From Trichodelitschia bisporula (Eukaryota): a stretch of DNA of 64,000 bases. Where the stretch lies: assembly GCA_010356995.1 (NCBI GenBank), contig ML996692.1, forward strand, positions 1,003,933 to 1,067,932, given 5' to 3'. The notes below the pieces were generated by a model. The model did no database searches, was not told the DNA's origin, and worked only from the letters and a program-made list of their open reading frames with translations. Of the stretch, positions 11,169 through 23,808 are shown piece after piece. Every line of letters begins with the position of its first letter. Positions within the stretch are counted from its first letter, which is position 1. Position numbers and translations under genes: made by a program.

Positions 11169-13794
11169 CGCGAAGGGCGTTGCGGGAGCGTTCGAAGCGA
11201 TAGACTGTGGTCGGATCGTGGAATTGCTCAAAAGGATGCTGTCGGCGAGCGTGTTCGAGGAAGCGGGCGTTGTGGAGTGGAAGTGGAGGGCGTGGAGAGG
11301 TGCAGGCGCAGGTTGTCGGGGGTTGCGAAACCCGCGAGCCTTGGCACCCGCCGGGGAAATGAGCGCCAGTTTGCCAACCAATCAGTTGCGTCCGTCAGCA
11401 ACGGCGTGCGACGGAACAGGAGAACAGAACAATTGTAGAGGCAAATGGGATCAAGTGAAAGGATGGAGTAGACGGTGTTGGTTTGCTATGGTGGGACAAT
11501 CTCATTTGATATTTATCTCCTCTCCCCCCCCTTCGTAGCTTCCCGTCAGCTAACCGTGGTGCTGTCCAACTGCGAACTCTCTCGTCACTTTCGCCTTCCC
11601 CAGCCTCCGCTGGCACTCCGCCTTGCACGCCTGAGTTGGCACCGTGGGGCCGCCAACTCAGTGGTCGCCATCTCACCACGGCGAACTGCGGCCCAATCGG
11701 CCTCTAACACCTAAAACCCAGCGAATGGGCATGGGAAATCTTTTGGAACGTGTCGGAACATTGTAGAACATACTCCTGATGGCTAATGAGTGAGGCTCGA
11801 CCGGACCTACCGCCGGCGAAGGCATGGAGCATTGAGGCACGTAGTTCATGCAGCTGTCAATGTGAAAAGGCATGGCGGCTTAAAGGCCTATATTCATAAA
11901 CGTCAAGTACGTCAACCTCTTTACGTGATAAGGCAGGGTGGGCCTCGTGTCCAGCCCTATCTACTAATTCCCCGGTGGCGTTCAGTCAATAATGCATGGC
12001 ACTCAGTATGGCGTCCATGCAAGGAGAGACATGGCAAGCCACGATACTAGATGCGAACGTCGATTGCTGAGTGCGGGGAAGGGTGTACGAATACGGATGT
12101 ACTTTAGGTTGCAAGCAGTCTCCGGAAAAGCATGGCTGCCAGGGGTATGTTTGAAACGATATCGGTTGCTATTTCCCACACAACGTTTTGACGAACAACC
12201 GCTGAGTCGATCAGTTTCGCGTCAGCGAGGATTAGCGTGCAAGACGTCAGTAGTATCCTAGAACCAGATCATGGAACCGGGGATCTGCTCACCTGGGAAA
12301 AAAAGAGTGAAGTGCCACCTTCGCCAGAATAATCGGAATCGAATTATGCTCTTCCCTGCATCCCGAAGGAGAACAGAGTCAATCATGCCGCGTATTGCAC
12401 TCAAGTATCACGCCCCACCTTTCGGCAGAGACGCACACAATCTCTGCACCAGCTCCCATGGTTGCATACCCCTCCTGAGGAAGGAGCAGCCCCGAGTTTC
12501 TGATGCCGGATGCAAGCGCTTTCGCGCCAGGCCCTCACAGGCAGCTGCCAGAGCTCCGTCCGCAAGCAGACAGAGGGTAGCGAGAGGTAGAGATTACTCC
12601 GAATTTCTCATTTGCGTATAGGGATGAACTGAGCGGAGCTCAGCCATCTGTTTGTAGCAAAGAAACGCAGCTATGGCGAAGGTGGCACTTGAGGGTGGAA
12701 ATTTTTGGAGACGGATCTTTCTTATGATGCTTTCGCGAAGCTCGTGCACAGGCCACCGGATGCGCGGCCATAATTCCGCCGCGCCCGGGGGGGTCTCGAC
12801 CACAACCTCATGCTCAGTATGTCTTCTCAAGGTCACTCGGCACTTGATCTTCGAAATATTTCGCTATGTGAATCTTCCCATCTTTTTGGTTCTCCGTACT
12901 TCTTATTTTTGTGCTGGCAGGATTCCGGCGGTACCCGTAGACGTAACTTGCACCATTCTGTCTTGAATCACTACCCTTATAATTTTCCACTTCTAGAACA
13001 CCCCGAGCATTTCGGATACCGCGGAGACCAATCATAGGGTTACTGAAAGCATAGTCTTTACAGTTATGGATTCTTGAATGAGCTGGAAGATGTCGAACGA
13101 GCAATTCTGGCCAGCCGCTGGCTTGACTGTACCGCGCAGTAAAGCGGTTGATAGGAGATGGATTGCTCAAATGATGTAGTGCATGATTCCCCGCAACTTG
13201 CTAGCCTCAATGGACCCTTTATGTCTCCACACTCAGCCCTGAGTCCACCTTTGCTGGTGTTGTCTCCTTCGAGGGTCTTCCAGTTGCCATCTCAGCCTAT
13301 GTTGATCGGGTGCGATTCAAAATCACAACATGAGTGACGCAAATTGACATGACACGCTCTACTCCATATGCTCGGACAACGAGCCGCAAGCCTTAGGAGG
13401 ATGATGGCCATACGCGAGCTCTTCCTCGCTTCCTCTCCAGCTTGGTTCGTACGCGTTCTCTCAAATCCAGCTTTGCTGACTCCATTCAGATCAGATGCAC
13501 TCCGGTTCACCGTCAAGTCCCGGCACATGAGCTCGAGGCTAAACATTCCCTTTCCCATTGTGTCCATCAGCCTCAACGATGTCTGTAATTCCGAGATTGC
13601 TCCTTACGCTACCTCTACTTTGAGCCCTGGGACATCCATCGCTTTCATTTACTGCAGCTGGGTTTCTTCATAGCGCACTCACCGTATCTCCGCAACTTTC
13701 CAGGTGTTATGTACGCTTCTTGTCCTCACACATTGCTTTTCATTGCCTGACAATCTTCAGCTTCTCCTCCACTTGATCGTCCAAAGATTTCAGA

Positions 13795-15678
13795 ATGATT
13801 GTCTTTCACACTGGCAAGCAACACCCAATCAGCTCAATACTCAACAGCATATGTAAAGGAAAGAAGTCGAGGAAACCCCGCAAACAGCGGACGTCAAGCT
13901 CGAGACAGCTTGGGCGTAACCCACCTCCGGTCGCGTCAACTACCGCGCCCCCTAGTGGGCAGGGATACGAGCTTAGGTTCGACAGCCCAACCGGCAGTTT
14001 CAGCCAGGGAACCATCTTGAAGCTGGTCAAATCACTGGTTGGCTCTTACTATGGCTATCGCTGTTGGGTTCACAGTCGAAAAGTCGGCAATCACGCCCAA
14101 ATCATCATCGTCAAGTTCTTCAGCGGTGCCAAAGTGGTTCTCAAGATACCCTCCTCCGGTACCCCTGGAATATGGACGGCAAAAGAAGCGGCCCTGCTCC
14201 ACTCGGAGGCGATGACCATGCGGTACATCAACGAAGTGTGCGAGGGGGCTCTTGTACCCCTTACACTCGCTCACGACACCTCGTGCAGGAATGCCGTTGG
14301 CGCCCCATACATCCTCATGGATTGTATGGAGGGCATGCCACTCACTAATATGTGGCCACGACGCTACGGTGTGGAAAATTTCGAAGAGCTTCGAGCCAAC
14401 GTCCTGCGAAGCCTCGCCAAGGCGATGGCTGACATCCGACAAGCCCAATTTTTCGGCATCGGTATGCCATGGTTCAATTACAGCGACTGCAGCGATGCCC
14501 GCGTTCTGGACCTTCCAAGAGCAGAGCTGGAGATGGTTCCATACCACATTCGTCGCGGCCACTCAGTTTTGAGCGATCCCCCACCGCGTTCCGCCTATGC
14601 CTACCTCCGCAAGCACCTCGATCAAATGTTTGATGGTCTCCCGAACCTCCCATTTTATCGGAGCAGAAAGCTCTTCTTAGAGCTATACCTGGACTGCCTG
14701 CCATTCTCGTACCTCAGCAAACAATTTGAAGGTGTCGAGACATTTGGAGTGACCCCTCCGGATTTCGATATGGACAACATTCTTGTCGACTCAGAGGGCA
14801 ATGTGACCGCTATTCTGGGATGGAGAGGTGTTGAAACGCGGCCGCAATATCTCTCTTGGGCTGCAGTTCCGAAATGGCTACGGGGTGACTACCACGCATC
14901 ATACTGCTGGCCATATGCTGGAAGTTACCCGTCGTATGAACTTGAGCGCTACCGGCAAATGTATGTAGAGGCCATGAAAGTGGCGCTCATTGGCAATGAC
15001 GACTGGCGTTATACGCAGCTGTCAGCAACGGCCTGCGCATTGCAGGACGTTTTGTACGAGGGTAGTGACGTTGTCCACTTTTGCGACATACTCCTCGAAG
15101 CCGTCTTGCCACGAGTCAACCAAGCGGCTTTTTACGACCAACTCTTTCACAAGGGGTGGGTTTCTTCCAACTTTGAGAATTCTGCGGACCAGGTTCTTCA
15201 GCGAATGCGCGATCTTTTCTTCCCAGACCTGTACTTCCATGAGGATGACACCCTGGAGCCGGATGAGAAGCATCACAGTCATACACGATTGCGGAAAGGC
15301 ACGAGTAGATCTTGGTCGTCAACCGATGGACAGCAATCAACTTATGTTGGTTCAAGTCCGACCGTCAAATCCGACACACTCTGGAGCCGCCCGCATAGAA
15401 AGCACCATTCAGAATCACGGGTCTCCACATACAAGTCAGCACAGTCATCGCCGCAGACACGGTCTCCGCCGCATGCACAGTCTTCGCCGCAGGGGCGAAG
15501 GCAAACGGCGTCTCCAGTCTCTGTCCTGTCACCAGTGCCCTCGCCGGATCCAACCGCTGACCAGGCACCGGAAGCGCCCGTCGGTGAAGCACTCAACCAT
15601 CTTGAATCTGGTGGAGTTGCGGTGACAGGACGGGCCAAAGTGGTTACCATTACCAAGCTCAGTCCTCCTTCGAAGTGA
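13795..15678 (+). CDS. Aminoglycoside-phosphotransferase/kinase-like (APH) family protein, 627 aa, single coding exon; probably catalytically impaired
   Basis: VVLKIP, SEAMTMRYI, GAPYILMDCMEG, PPDFDMDNILVDSEGNVTAILGW, AAVPKWLRGD, ELERYRQMY follow the fungal APH-like motif order. S/P-rich disordered C-terminus. Confidence 0.8.
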   Translation: MIVFHTGKQHPISSILNSICKGKKSRKPRKQRTSSSRQLGRNPPPVASTTAPPSGQGYELRFDSPTGSFSQGTILKLVKSLVGSYYGYRCWVHSRKVGNHAQIIIVKFFSGAKVVLKIPSSGTPGIWTAKEAALLHSEAMTMRYINEVCEGALVPLTLAHDTSCRNAVGAPYILMDCMEGMPLTNMWPRRYGVENFEELRANVLRSLAKAMADIRQAQFFGIGMPWFNYSDCSDARVLDLPRAELEMVPYHIRRGHSVLSDPPPRSAYAYLRKHLDQMFDGLPNLPFYRSRKLFLELYLDCLPFSYLSKQFEGVETFGVTPPDFDMDNILVDSEGNVTAILGWRGVETRPQYLSWAAVPKWLRGDYHASYCWPYAGSYPSYELERYRQMYVEAMKVALIGNDDWRYTQLSATACALQDVLYEGSDVVHFCDILLEAVLPRVNQAAFYDQLFHKGWVSSNFENSADQVLQRMRDLFFPDLYFHEDDTLEPDEKHHSHTRLRKGTSRSWSSTDGQQSTYVGSSPTVKSDTLWSRPHRKHHSESRVSTYKSAQSSPQTRSPPHAQSSPQGRRQTASPVSVLSPVPSPDPTADQAPEAPVGEALNHLESGGVAVTGRAKVVTITKLSPPSK

Positions 15679-16032
15679 AGTTGACAGAAGAGTAGTAGTT
15701 CTTCCCTGTATGCAATGAGATCATTTGCTAAGTGCCTTTCTGACTACCGCCTTTGCATAGCCGCTCTTTGCCGTGTAATCCAGACGATGTTGATTGAATC
15801 TCGTTTGGCCTTTTTCGTTCCTTTCCCACGTTTTCGGAGGCTTGCTGCGGGCCCGGCCGAAGCCAAGTCGGATTGGTCCTAAGAATGCCATTACCTGATC
15901 GTACCCGAACTGCCTGTGACCAACAGTGGTTGCGGCACGGAGAAGATAACACTAGTTCCGCAGCTGTGCCCCACATTCTTCCATCTAGCCCTCCGCCACC
16001 AACAAGGATAAAAGCGCCTAGCACGCGCCTAG

Positions 16033-16090
16033 TGACGTCAAACTAGGAAAATAGTTTCCTTTAGAAGCCTTCGGCCTCGTCATCACGTGG
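16033..16090 (+). promoter_or_regulatory. CRE-like palindrome TGACGTCA (16033-16040) and E-box CACGTG (16084-16089) in the proximal promoter of the MCT-type MFS gene
   Basis: Exact bZIP and bHLH consensus sites 115-170 bp upstream of ATG 16203. Confidence 0.4.
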
Positions 16091-16202
16091 GGACTAAGGA
16101 CTTCACGGCACATCGGCACGCCCCAGGACGACATATATTTGCCTAGCTGCTCCCCCCGCCTCTCGTTCTTTTCCTCTCTCAAATAATTCCGTTCTCCTGC
16201 GA

Positions 16203-17968
16203 ATGAGAACTCAAAACAAAGGCAGCACGCCAGGACTAATTAACCCCCCAAACGCCACCTCTGCCCCGCGCGCAGAAAGCCACAATGGTGCGCCACCGCG
16301 CACCTGCTCCCCGGTCCCGGTCCGCTCCACCCGCTCGGCGGGCCGGTCCGAGTCGGCCGAGTCGGTCGTCTCCGGCCTAACCGCCCGGGAATGGACGGAT
16401 ATCAAAGCCCCCGTTGACGTCAAGGCTGAAAAGGCCCACCATTATTCGGACGAGAAATATGGGTCGGAAGAGAAAATCGAGGATTCGGATCGGCCCGTTC
16501 GCACGTCCAGCCCTGCGGCTGCGGGGCATGCGCACGTCGAGCTTAACCGTTGCCAGTCGCTGCCGCCGCCGTCAACGGTGAGCATGCAGGACGATGGAGA
16601 GACATGGTACCCTGAGGGTGGGCTGCAGGGATGGCTTGTTGTGCTTGGGTCATTTTTGGGCATGTTGGTTGCATTTGGGTTTATGAATACCAGTAAGTGG
16701 GGACCAAAGACGGTTACCCGGCGCTGATGCTGATCGTTTCCTAGTCGGGGTATGGCAGACACACTTGACCCGGAACCAACTCAAGGGATACGATGAAAGT
16801 ACCATCGGATGGATCTTCAGTTTTTATATCTTCCTGGCTTTCGTAGGCGGCATCCAGGTCGGCCCTATTGTCGACTCGAAGGGCCCGAAGCTCCTCCTCC
16901 TCTCCGGCAGCATCCTGATTGTCGCCGCCGTGCTCCTCATGGGCGTATGCACCCGTATGTCCCCACCCCCCTCAGCCTTTTACCACCCACTAACACGCCC
17001 AAGAATACTGGCACTTCATGCTCACCATCGGCCTGATGGCCGGGCTAGGCACCTCCCTCCTCTTCACACCCTGCATCGCCTGCATAGGCCACTTCTTCCA
17101 CAAAACGCGCGGCAACGCAACCGGCATCGCCGCCGCCGGCGGCTCCGTCGGGGGCGTGATCTTCCCACTGATGCTCCAGCGCCTCATCCCCTCCATCGGC
17201 TTCGCCTGGGCCACGCGCGCCCTCGCGCTAATCTTCGTAATCCTATGCATCGCAAGCGTCCTAATGGTGCGCACGCGCCTCCCCCCCAAACCCGGCGCCA
17301 ACCTCATCCCCTCAATGAGCATCCTGCGCGACCCAGCCTTCGCCCTCACCACCGTTGCCGTCTTCTGCATGGAGTGGGGCCTCTTCCTGCCGATTACCTT
17401 CCTGGCCTCGTTTGTGCTGGACAGCGGCGTGCCGGGCGGGACGCAGTTCGCGTTCACGTGTCTCGCGGTTTTGAACGCAGGCAGTTGCGTCGGGCGGTAC
17501 GTGCCAGGCGTGGTGGCAGACCGGATCGGGCGCTTCAACTGCATGCTCATTGCGCTGGTGGGGTGCATGTGCACCGTTCTCGGACTCTGGCTTCCAGCCT
17601 CACTGCTAGGCACCAACTCAGCCGGGATCGCGCACCCCGCGGCCAAGCCCGTCGTGCTCGTTTTCTCGGTCCTGTTCGGCATCTTCTCCGGGTCGAATAT
17701 CTCGCTGACGCCGGTGTGTGTTGGCCAGCTGTGCGATACCGAGGAGTATGGCCGGTACTACTCGACGTGTTATACGCTCGTGGCGTTTGGGACGCTGACT
17801 GGCATTCCGATTGCCGGTGCGCTGATCCAGAAGTGTGCTGGGAAGTATTATGGGGTTGTCTGCTTTACTGGCGCGTGCTATGTCATGGCATTTTTGGCTA
17901 TGGGCGCGGCGAGGGTGCTGAAGGTTGGATGGAGGATTAAGGGGGAGCAGGGCTGGGTGATCTTTTAG
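16203..17968 (+). CDS. MFS monocarboxylate-porter family transporter (Mch5/riboflavin-transporter-like). Introns 16693-16744 and 16955-17003
   Basis: YPEGGLQGWLVVLGSF, NT|IGVWQTHL, IGWIFS, GPIVDSKGPK, T|QYWHFML, HFFHKTRGNATGIAAAGGSVGG, ADRIGRFN, GRYYSTCY; multiple TM segments. Confidence 0.92.
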
Positions 17969-18530
17969 GAGAATGAAGTACGCAATGAGGCCCTATTCCT
18001 GAGAAGCGAAGACGGAGCGACGTAATGCCTAGCAATATAATGACGAATGGAGTCCTCAAGGAATTATCTTGCTGCACACCTGTGGATACGTAAGCAATGC
18101 GTCCAGTGACATGTTGAGCCAACCCATCACTACATCCTCTCCGAATGGTCTCATACACCAATCTCCGCATGTGCTTGTATAGAGGTTTGATTGCTTTACC
18201 ATAATCCTCTTCATCAATACCCATCTGCTGACATAATCCTTGAGCCGACCAGTCGAACTCAAATGTGACATCGCCATCAAACAGTCAAGGTGAATACAGG
18301 AGAACATGCTCGACAACTTCCAAACCGAACAAGTGATCGCCACCAACACGACGGTGAGGAGGAAAGATTATTGGGACCGAAAAGGTGCTCCGAAGTCAGG
18401 GGTATACATGCAAACAACTACCGCCCATTCTCTCCAACTCCCTGAATTCCGCTTCCCAGAAACACCCACCATGAACTCTTGCAAATGCTGAAATGCCCAT
18501 ACGCCATTTAATGCTGTCAAAACGTCGCAA

Positions 18531-19801
18531 TCAAGGAAGACGGATCCGGAACGCCGGGTGAATATCGCTCGGTGTTGTCGGTCTCTGTTGAAATAAGACG
18601 GTGCTCCGCGGAGCTGCCGTCACAATGTAGTCCACTCCATCGTCACTAACATAGCTTGGAGGTCGGGGCCCGACTTGAGCAGTTTGGCTCATCTCAGGAG
18701 TGTGGCTGCTAGCAGCCGGAGAAACAGGTGACATCTGAGAGGATTGGGGAGAAGTCGAACCATCCGCAGAGCTGGAGTCTCCAACACGCTGCCAATGGAG
18801 AAGCGCGGGGTTTACTCGCTGAATGCAACGTTAGCGCTATAGTAATCATTGGGGGCTGACACATACCACACTGCATCGCCAGAGGCCATAGGCCGGTGGT
18901 GGCGCCTTCAGTGACTCCAGCTTAGCTTCCTCAACCGTTCCGTCCTCAGCGCGCGCAACGATTTCTTCGTCACGTGCAAGGTGAACGCGAATCGGTACGG
19001 TAGGCTGAAATCCTTCAGGACCAGCAACGCTCGGGATACGCTCGAGGCGTTGCTGATTCTTTGGCCGAAGGTGCAAGATGCAGACGCGGATGAGCGAGTG
19101 CACAAAGAAGATCAGGGTTCCGACGATGGTGAGGATGAACAAGACGTGGAGCTCCTGGCCCAACCCCTTTACAGTGAGGGCGATTGTGAGATCTAGGCAA
19201 TGTTAGCAGCTATCATGCATCATACAGGGAGAAGCGTACAGGTAGTGAGAATGGCAGCCAAAAACACCCCAGAAACAAAGCAGGCTAGGGCCTTGCCTCG
19301 AGTCGGCCCTCTCATGGGCAGACAGTTGCCTCTCCTCCTTGGGCCCGAAGGCTTCCGCACCCAGGCATTTGGCGGGGCTCTTCTCTTCCGCCTCCGATGT
19401 CTTCTAGCGGGAGCTGCAGCCTCCAAGTCCCGGTCTTCATCCACCACTGGGGAAGGATCAGACGGGTGACGAAAGGAGGGTAAGACCGCAGGCGCCGGCT
19501 GAGTGGGCGATTCATCCCAGTTGCTGGCGGGAGAGTATGCCTGCACGAGGGGCGGATTGAGAGGAAGATGCGAAGCCGAAGACGCGGCTGACTGAGTGTA
19601 TCCCGGTTGGACTCGCCCGAAAAATCCTCGAACTCGAGCCCTCGGCGTACCGTTGATGGGAGCATTTGGATTCGGGCTTCTGGAATAAAGGGAACTGGAA
19701 GCTGGCGATCCCATGTCTCGCAAGAGAGATCGTATGTTGTCTTGTATGGCGCTCAGCCGGGAAGTCCGAGGGTCGGGCTGTGTGCTGGTCGGAAGAGCCA
19801 T
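18531..19801 (-). CDS. Conserved fungal hypothetical protein with two TM segments. Introns 19239-19193 and 18866-18819
   Basis: Splicing gives ...AILTT|YLTIALT..QELHVLFILTIVGTLIFFVHSLIR..PPPAYGLWRCSV|RVNPALLHWQR..RPPSYVSDDGVDYIV. Canonical GT..GCTAAC..AG introns; PPAY/PPSY PY-like motifs. Confidence 0.8.
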
Positions 19802-21105
19802 GGTGAAGGTTGTTCAAATGCTCGAATCCGTGTGTAGATAGGTCTCAGCAAAGAGCCCAATTATGCCGTCCAGAAAGGAAGTGGAGGGTGTGGAAAAAAG
19901 GTCGCGACGAGGAGCGTATTTGAGCACGTCCGGCACTCTGCCACGACACCAAGTATGCTGCGACTAGGTTCTCCGTCGCGTCTGAGTTGTTTACCGTCTA
20001 GCTTCGTGTTGACGAGATCAAAAGACTATGAATGAGTGGATGTCGGCTGCGTTACGAGCGACCGGGTGGCCATGCACATGCCGGGGAGGGTGAGAGCTTC
20101 TTCCCCACCGCTGGAATGGGTATGGTGTTTGCGCAAAAGGAAACTATTCTGCAGGTTGGAGATCTTGAGGTGTTCGTGGAGCCTAATGGAAAAGGTGTTA
20201 GTGGTCTGGATGTCGGACGTGCAGCGTGCTTGCTTGAATGATTGGCGAAGGCGGGTGGTGGAGGGCAGGACGGAAAACGGGAAGCTGCTTGTGGGAAGCA
20301 AGGCTAGTACGATGGAAAGGTCGACGACGACGACATTGATAGCCAACGAAGAGGGCGCGGGGATAAAGGGCCGAAACGCCCTGGTCAACAGAGGTACCGA
20401 GATGCGGGCTTGGGTGGTGACGGGAGACTCAAAAGAGGGAGTGGTCCAATAGAGTAGAGTAGGATGGGAGTATCAAGAGGTAGTTGGCAACAGCGAGTGT
20501 GAGGGTAACGAGTGTAGACAAGCAAAGAACCTCAAGTCCCTGGCACTTGTTGGCCTTGGTGGGACAAAAGAGGAGGGCTCGAGACCATGCATCTGCATGA
20601 TGTCTGTTACGAGGAGCGAGCGGAGGAGAACGATGGCTCGCGGGCCAGTGGTCGGCGAAGTCGAAGCTGGAGCTGCTGAAACGTTTGGCCGTCTCAAGTT
20701 TCAGCCAAGCCAAACCTCCCACCTCTCCACCGGCCGCCAGTGCGCCACCACCGCCATCCTTCAAAACACGGTTGTGCCACTTGTTGTTGCTCCCTTATCC
20801 TCGTCTGGAAGTTATTGGCCCATCATCTAAACTGAAATTGGAGAAATTGGAAATTTTGGCCAACATGACTGGACTGTCACTGCTGCTCATGCCAAACTCC
20901 ATTGCCCTCAGCCATGCCCCCACGACGCGGCCATGCTCCGTCACTCTGAATTCTACTAGTTAATGTACATGGTATTTGCGGCAATCATCATCAAACTGCC
21001 AGTGAAGAAACCCTACATCATCATGCCCGACCAGTGTTCCTCTTGTGACACAAAAAGCATCGGATGTCGAGGGCTTCACCTTCAGCTAAAACATTCGCCC
21101 CCTGC

Positions 21106-22645
21106 CTATTTCGCAAGTTCACCCAGCACCACACTACGATCTGAAGACCCGGAAACGACTGTAACAAGTTGAACCGTTAGCTTACTGGACCAATAAGAGA
21201 AACGACGAGGGGATACCCCAGCTATTGCAACGCATGCTAAGCGGGAGCAGCAAATCACGCATGAAGCCGCTATTTCGTTCCATAAACGTTCGCGCCGAGT
21301 CGGCTCTCGTTCAAGAACAAGCATCAGCTCGCATAGTTCCCGTGGACTATGCAGAGACGATACGATAGGAGAGAATGAAGATCCACAAGAAACACATGAC
21401 GAAGACGCATAAACTTACTTATGGGGTCATCTCCCGGATAGAAGCGGACGTCATTGACTGCGCCTTTGTGGCCCGGAAGTTTCGAGAGGAGCTTTCCGCT
21501 GCTGGCTTCCCAGATAACAACGCTACGGTCTCCGCTTCCAGCAGCAATCTTTTGGCCCGTCGGGTTCCAGCTTGCACGCAGCAGATTCTTCTCCATACCA
21601 GTGGGAGCGCCATCGAATGTTCGCACATGCCGATCTGCTGCTGCATAAGGCCGAATGTCCCATGTCCGGACAGTGGAGTCGTGCGCATTAGAGAGCAAGA
21701 AGTTTGAATCTGGCGACACTTGCAAAGAAGTGACCGTATCCATGTGGCCGATCAAGGAGTACAAGACCGCCTTTTTGCGCAGATCCCACACTTTGATGTC
21801 ATTATCGATACCGCCGGAATAGATCTCGTATCCAGCTTCCGATACCGCTACAGCAGTGATAGGAAATTCGGTCGCAATATAATCGGCGGCATCTTTTGTC
21901 CTCGGATCCCATATCTTTACTATGTTAGCACAGTCCATTTCAGTGCGGAGGTTTACGTACACCTATGGTTCCATCATCAGAGCCACTCACGAGGAACTCC
22001 TCGCCGCGCTTCCTGACATCCAAAGCGTTGACGATTTCCTCATGCCCCTCATGCCGACGTATCCTCGTCCCAGTTTCCAGATCCCAGCGAGATATCGTCA
22101 TATCCGCCGAAGCCGAGAATATGGATGCCGAGTCGCGCGACCAGTGGAGATCGAGAATCGCCCCCTTGTGCCCACTGAGGACACCATAGTTTTCACATTG
22201 GCCGTAGGTGTGCCACAGCACTATCAATTATGAGCAGGTGTCACTAAAGGCGCATGATATACGCACAGATTGTTCGGTCCATGGAACCGGAGGCGATGAA
22301 CTGGCCGGTAGGATCAAATCTTGTCGCAAATACCTCGCCGGAGTGACCTGCAGGCTATCAGCGAGGCTTTCAGAAAGAATCATGCGTAACTTACCGTTCA
22401 ACTCCATGACGGGGGCCTGAAGACCACTTGTGCGCGGCACCTATTACCCGCAGTAATTAGCTTTCCTACAAGCTATGGTCCTCCGTGCAGAAGATACCCA
22501 CAGTCTGTATGAGAGCTCCATTTTTCGAGCTGGAATTGACAAGCGCGATTGAGCGAGCATTCCCGAGGTTCGCATCAGACTTCTGGCGCTTGACAAGCTG
22601 TGAGCTGCCAAACGAATCGGCCGCCGGCCGCTTTTCGGATGACAT
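21106..22645 (-). CDS. SNRNP40: WD40 U5 snRNP 40-kDa protein (SNRNP40/Spf38 orthologue), 6 exons; last intron 21418-21159 is 260 nt
   Basis: MSSEKRP..., VPRTSGLQAPVMELN|GHSGEVF, ASGSMDRTI|LLW, GHKGAILDLHWS, DNDIKVWDLRK, GHMDTVTSL, EKNLLRASW, LPGHKGAVNDV; last exon IVSGSSDRSVVLGELAK*. Confidence 0.9.
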
Positions 22646-23028
22646 CTTGATGGTAGTATGGGCGAGCGATGTATGGGGAGCGTGGTATAGACGGCAATGT
22701 AGTATCGACGGTTATGTGATATATCCTGGGCACGAGTGATGGAGATGGACGCGTCGTGAAAGCACTTGTAGATGTGGAGTAGTTGACGCAAACGCGGCGG
22801 AAGCTTTTTTGTGGAGCTTTGCGGCGCCTGCAGGTGTTGGAGAGGTTCACATTCTTGGCATTAGATTGGACTAGTCAAGCACGTCCAGGTCACCCCGCAA
22901 TCCCCCATATTAAGACATGGCTGTTATACATCACAAGCTTTGAATACTTGCAAGAGCTATCAAATTGATCGCCACACCCTCGAGACCCCCCTCTCTGCTC
23001 GTAGCGTAACTTCACACCCTCCGGCACC

Positions 23029-23808
23029 ATGTCGAAAGCCGCCCGCGTCGGCGAAGAGTGAGCGGCACATGCTCATTTGAGAGAAGACATTGGCTGACAG
23101 CTCTTTAGCATATGGAAGTAAGTGGCTTAATTGCTTTCTTGTACTATGAGCAGCGACAGTAGCTGATAGTCTAAGAACTCGCGTTGACAAGGTCAACGCC
23201 GAGTTAGTCACCTTGACGTATGGTACCATCGTCCAGCAGCTTTGCAAGGACTTTGACAGTGACTACTTGGAGGTGAACCGGCAACTAGACAAGATGGGAT
23301 ACAACATCGGACTGCGCATGGTCGAAGATTTTCTCGCAAAATCCAACAACGGCCCTTGCTCCAACTTCCGGGAAACAGCAGAGACGATATCAAAGGTGCG
23401 CATTGGGCGCCTATCCTCATGTCATAAGGCTCACATACCGTCCAGATTGGCTTCAAGATCTTTTTGAACATTACGCCCACCGTCACCAACTGGACTAGCG
23501 ATAACAAGCAGTTCTCGCTCATATTTGAAGAGAACCCCCTCGCTGACTTCGTGGAGCTGCCGGACGACGGCAGGGCACAAGACGAGCTGTGGTACTCTAA
23601 CATACTGTGCGGCGTACTGAGGGGTGCTTTGGAGATGGTAAGCCGGAAGCCAAAGCCGGTTCGTCCTCGTCATTAACGTCTTTCCTAGGTCCAAATGCAG
23701 GTTGAAGCGCATTTCATCAGCGATGTGCTTCGCGGCAACGACAATACTGAGATGAGAGTCACTCTCATCCGGTACATCGACGACGAGATGCCCCCTGACG
23801 ACGAGTGA
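23029..23808 (+). CDS. BET3: TRAPP complex subunit Bet3. Exons 23029-23057, 23109-23117 (9-nt microexon), 23176-23395, 23446-23637, 23689-23808
   Basis: Spliced [98 protein letters not shown]. Confidence 0.95.

Noticed and set aside
10503..11438. 311-aa + strand ORF
   Set aside because: Antisense to RAX1, with no independent coding signal.
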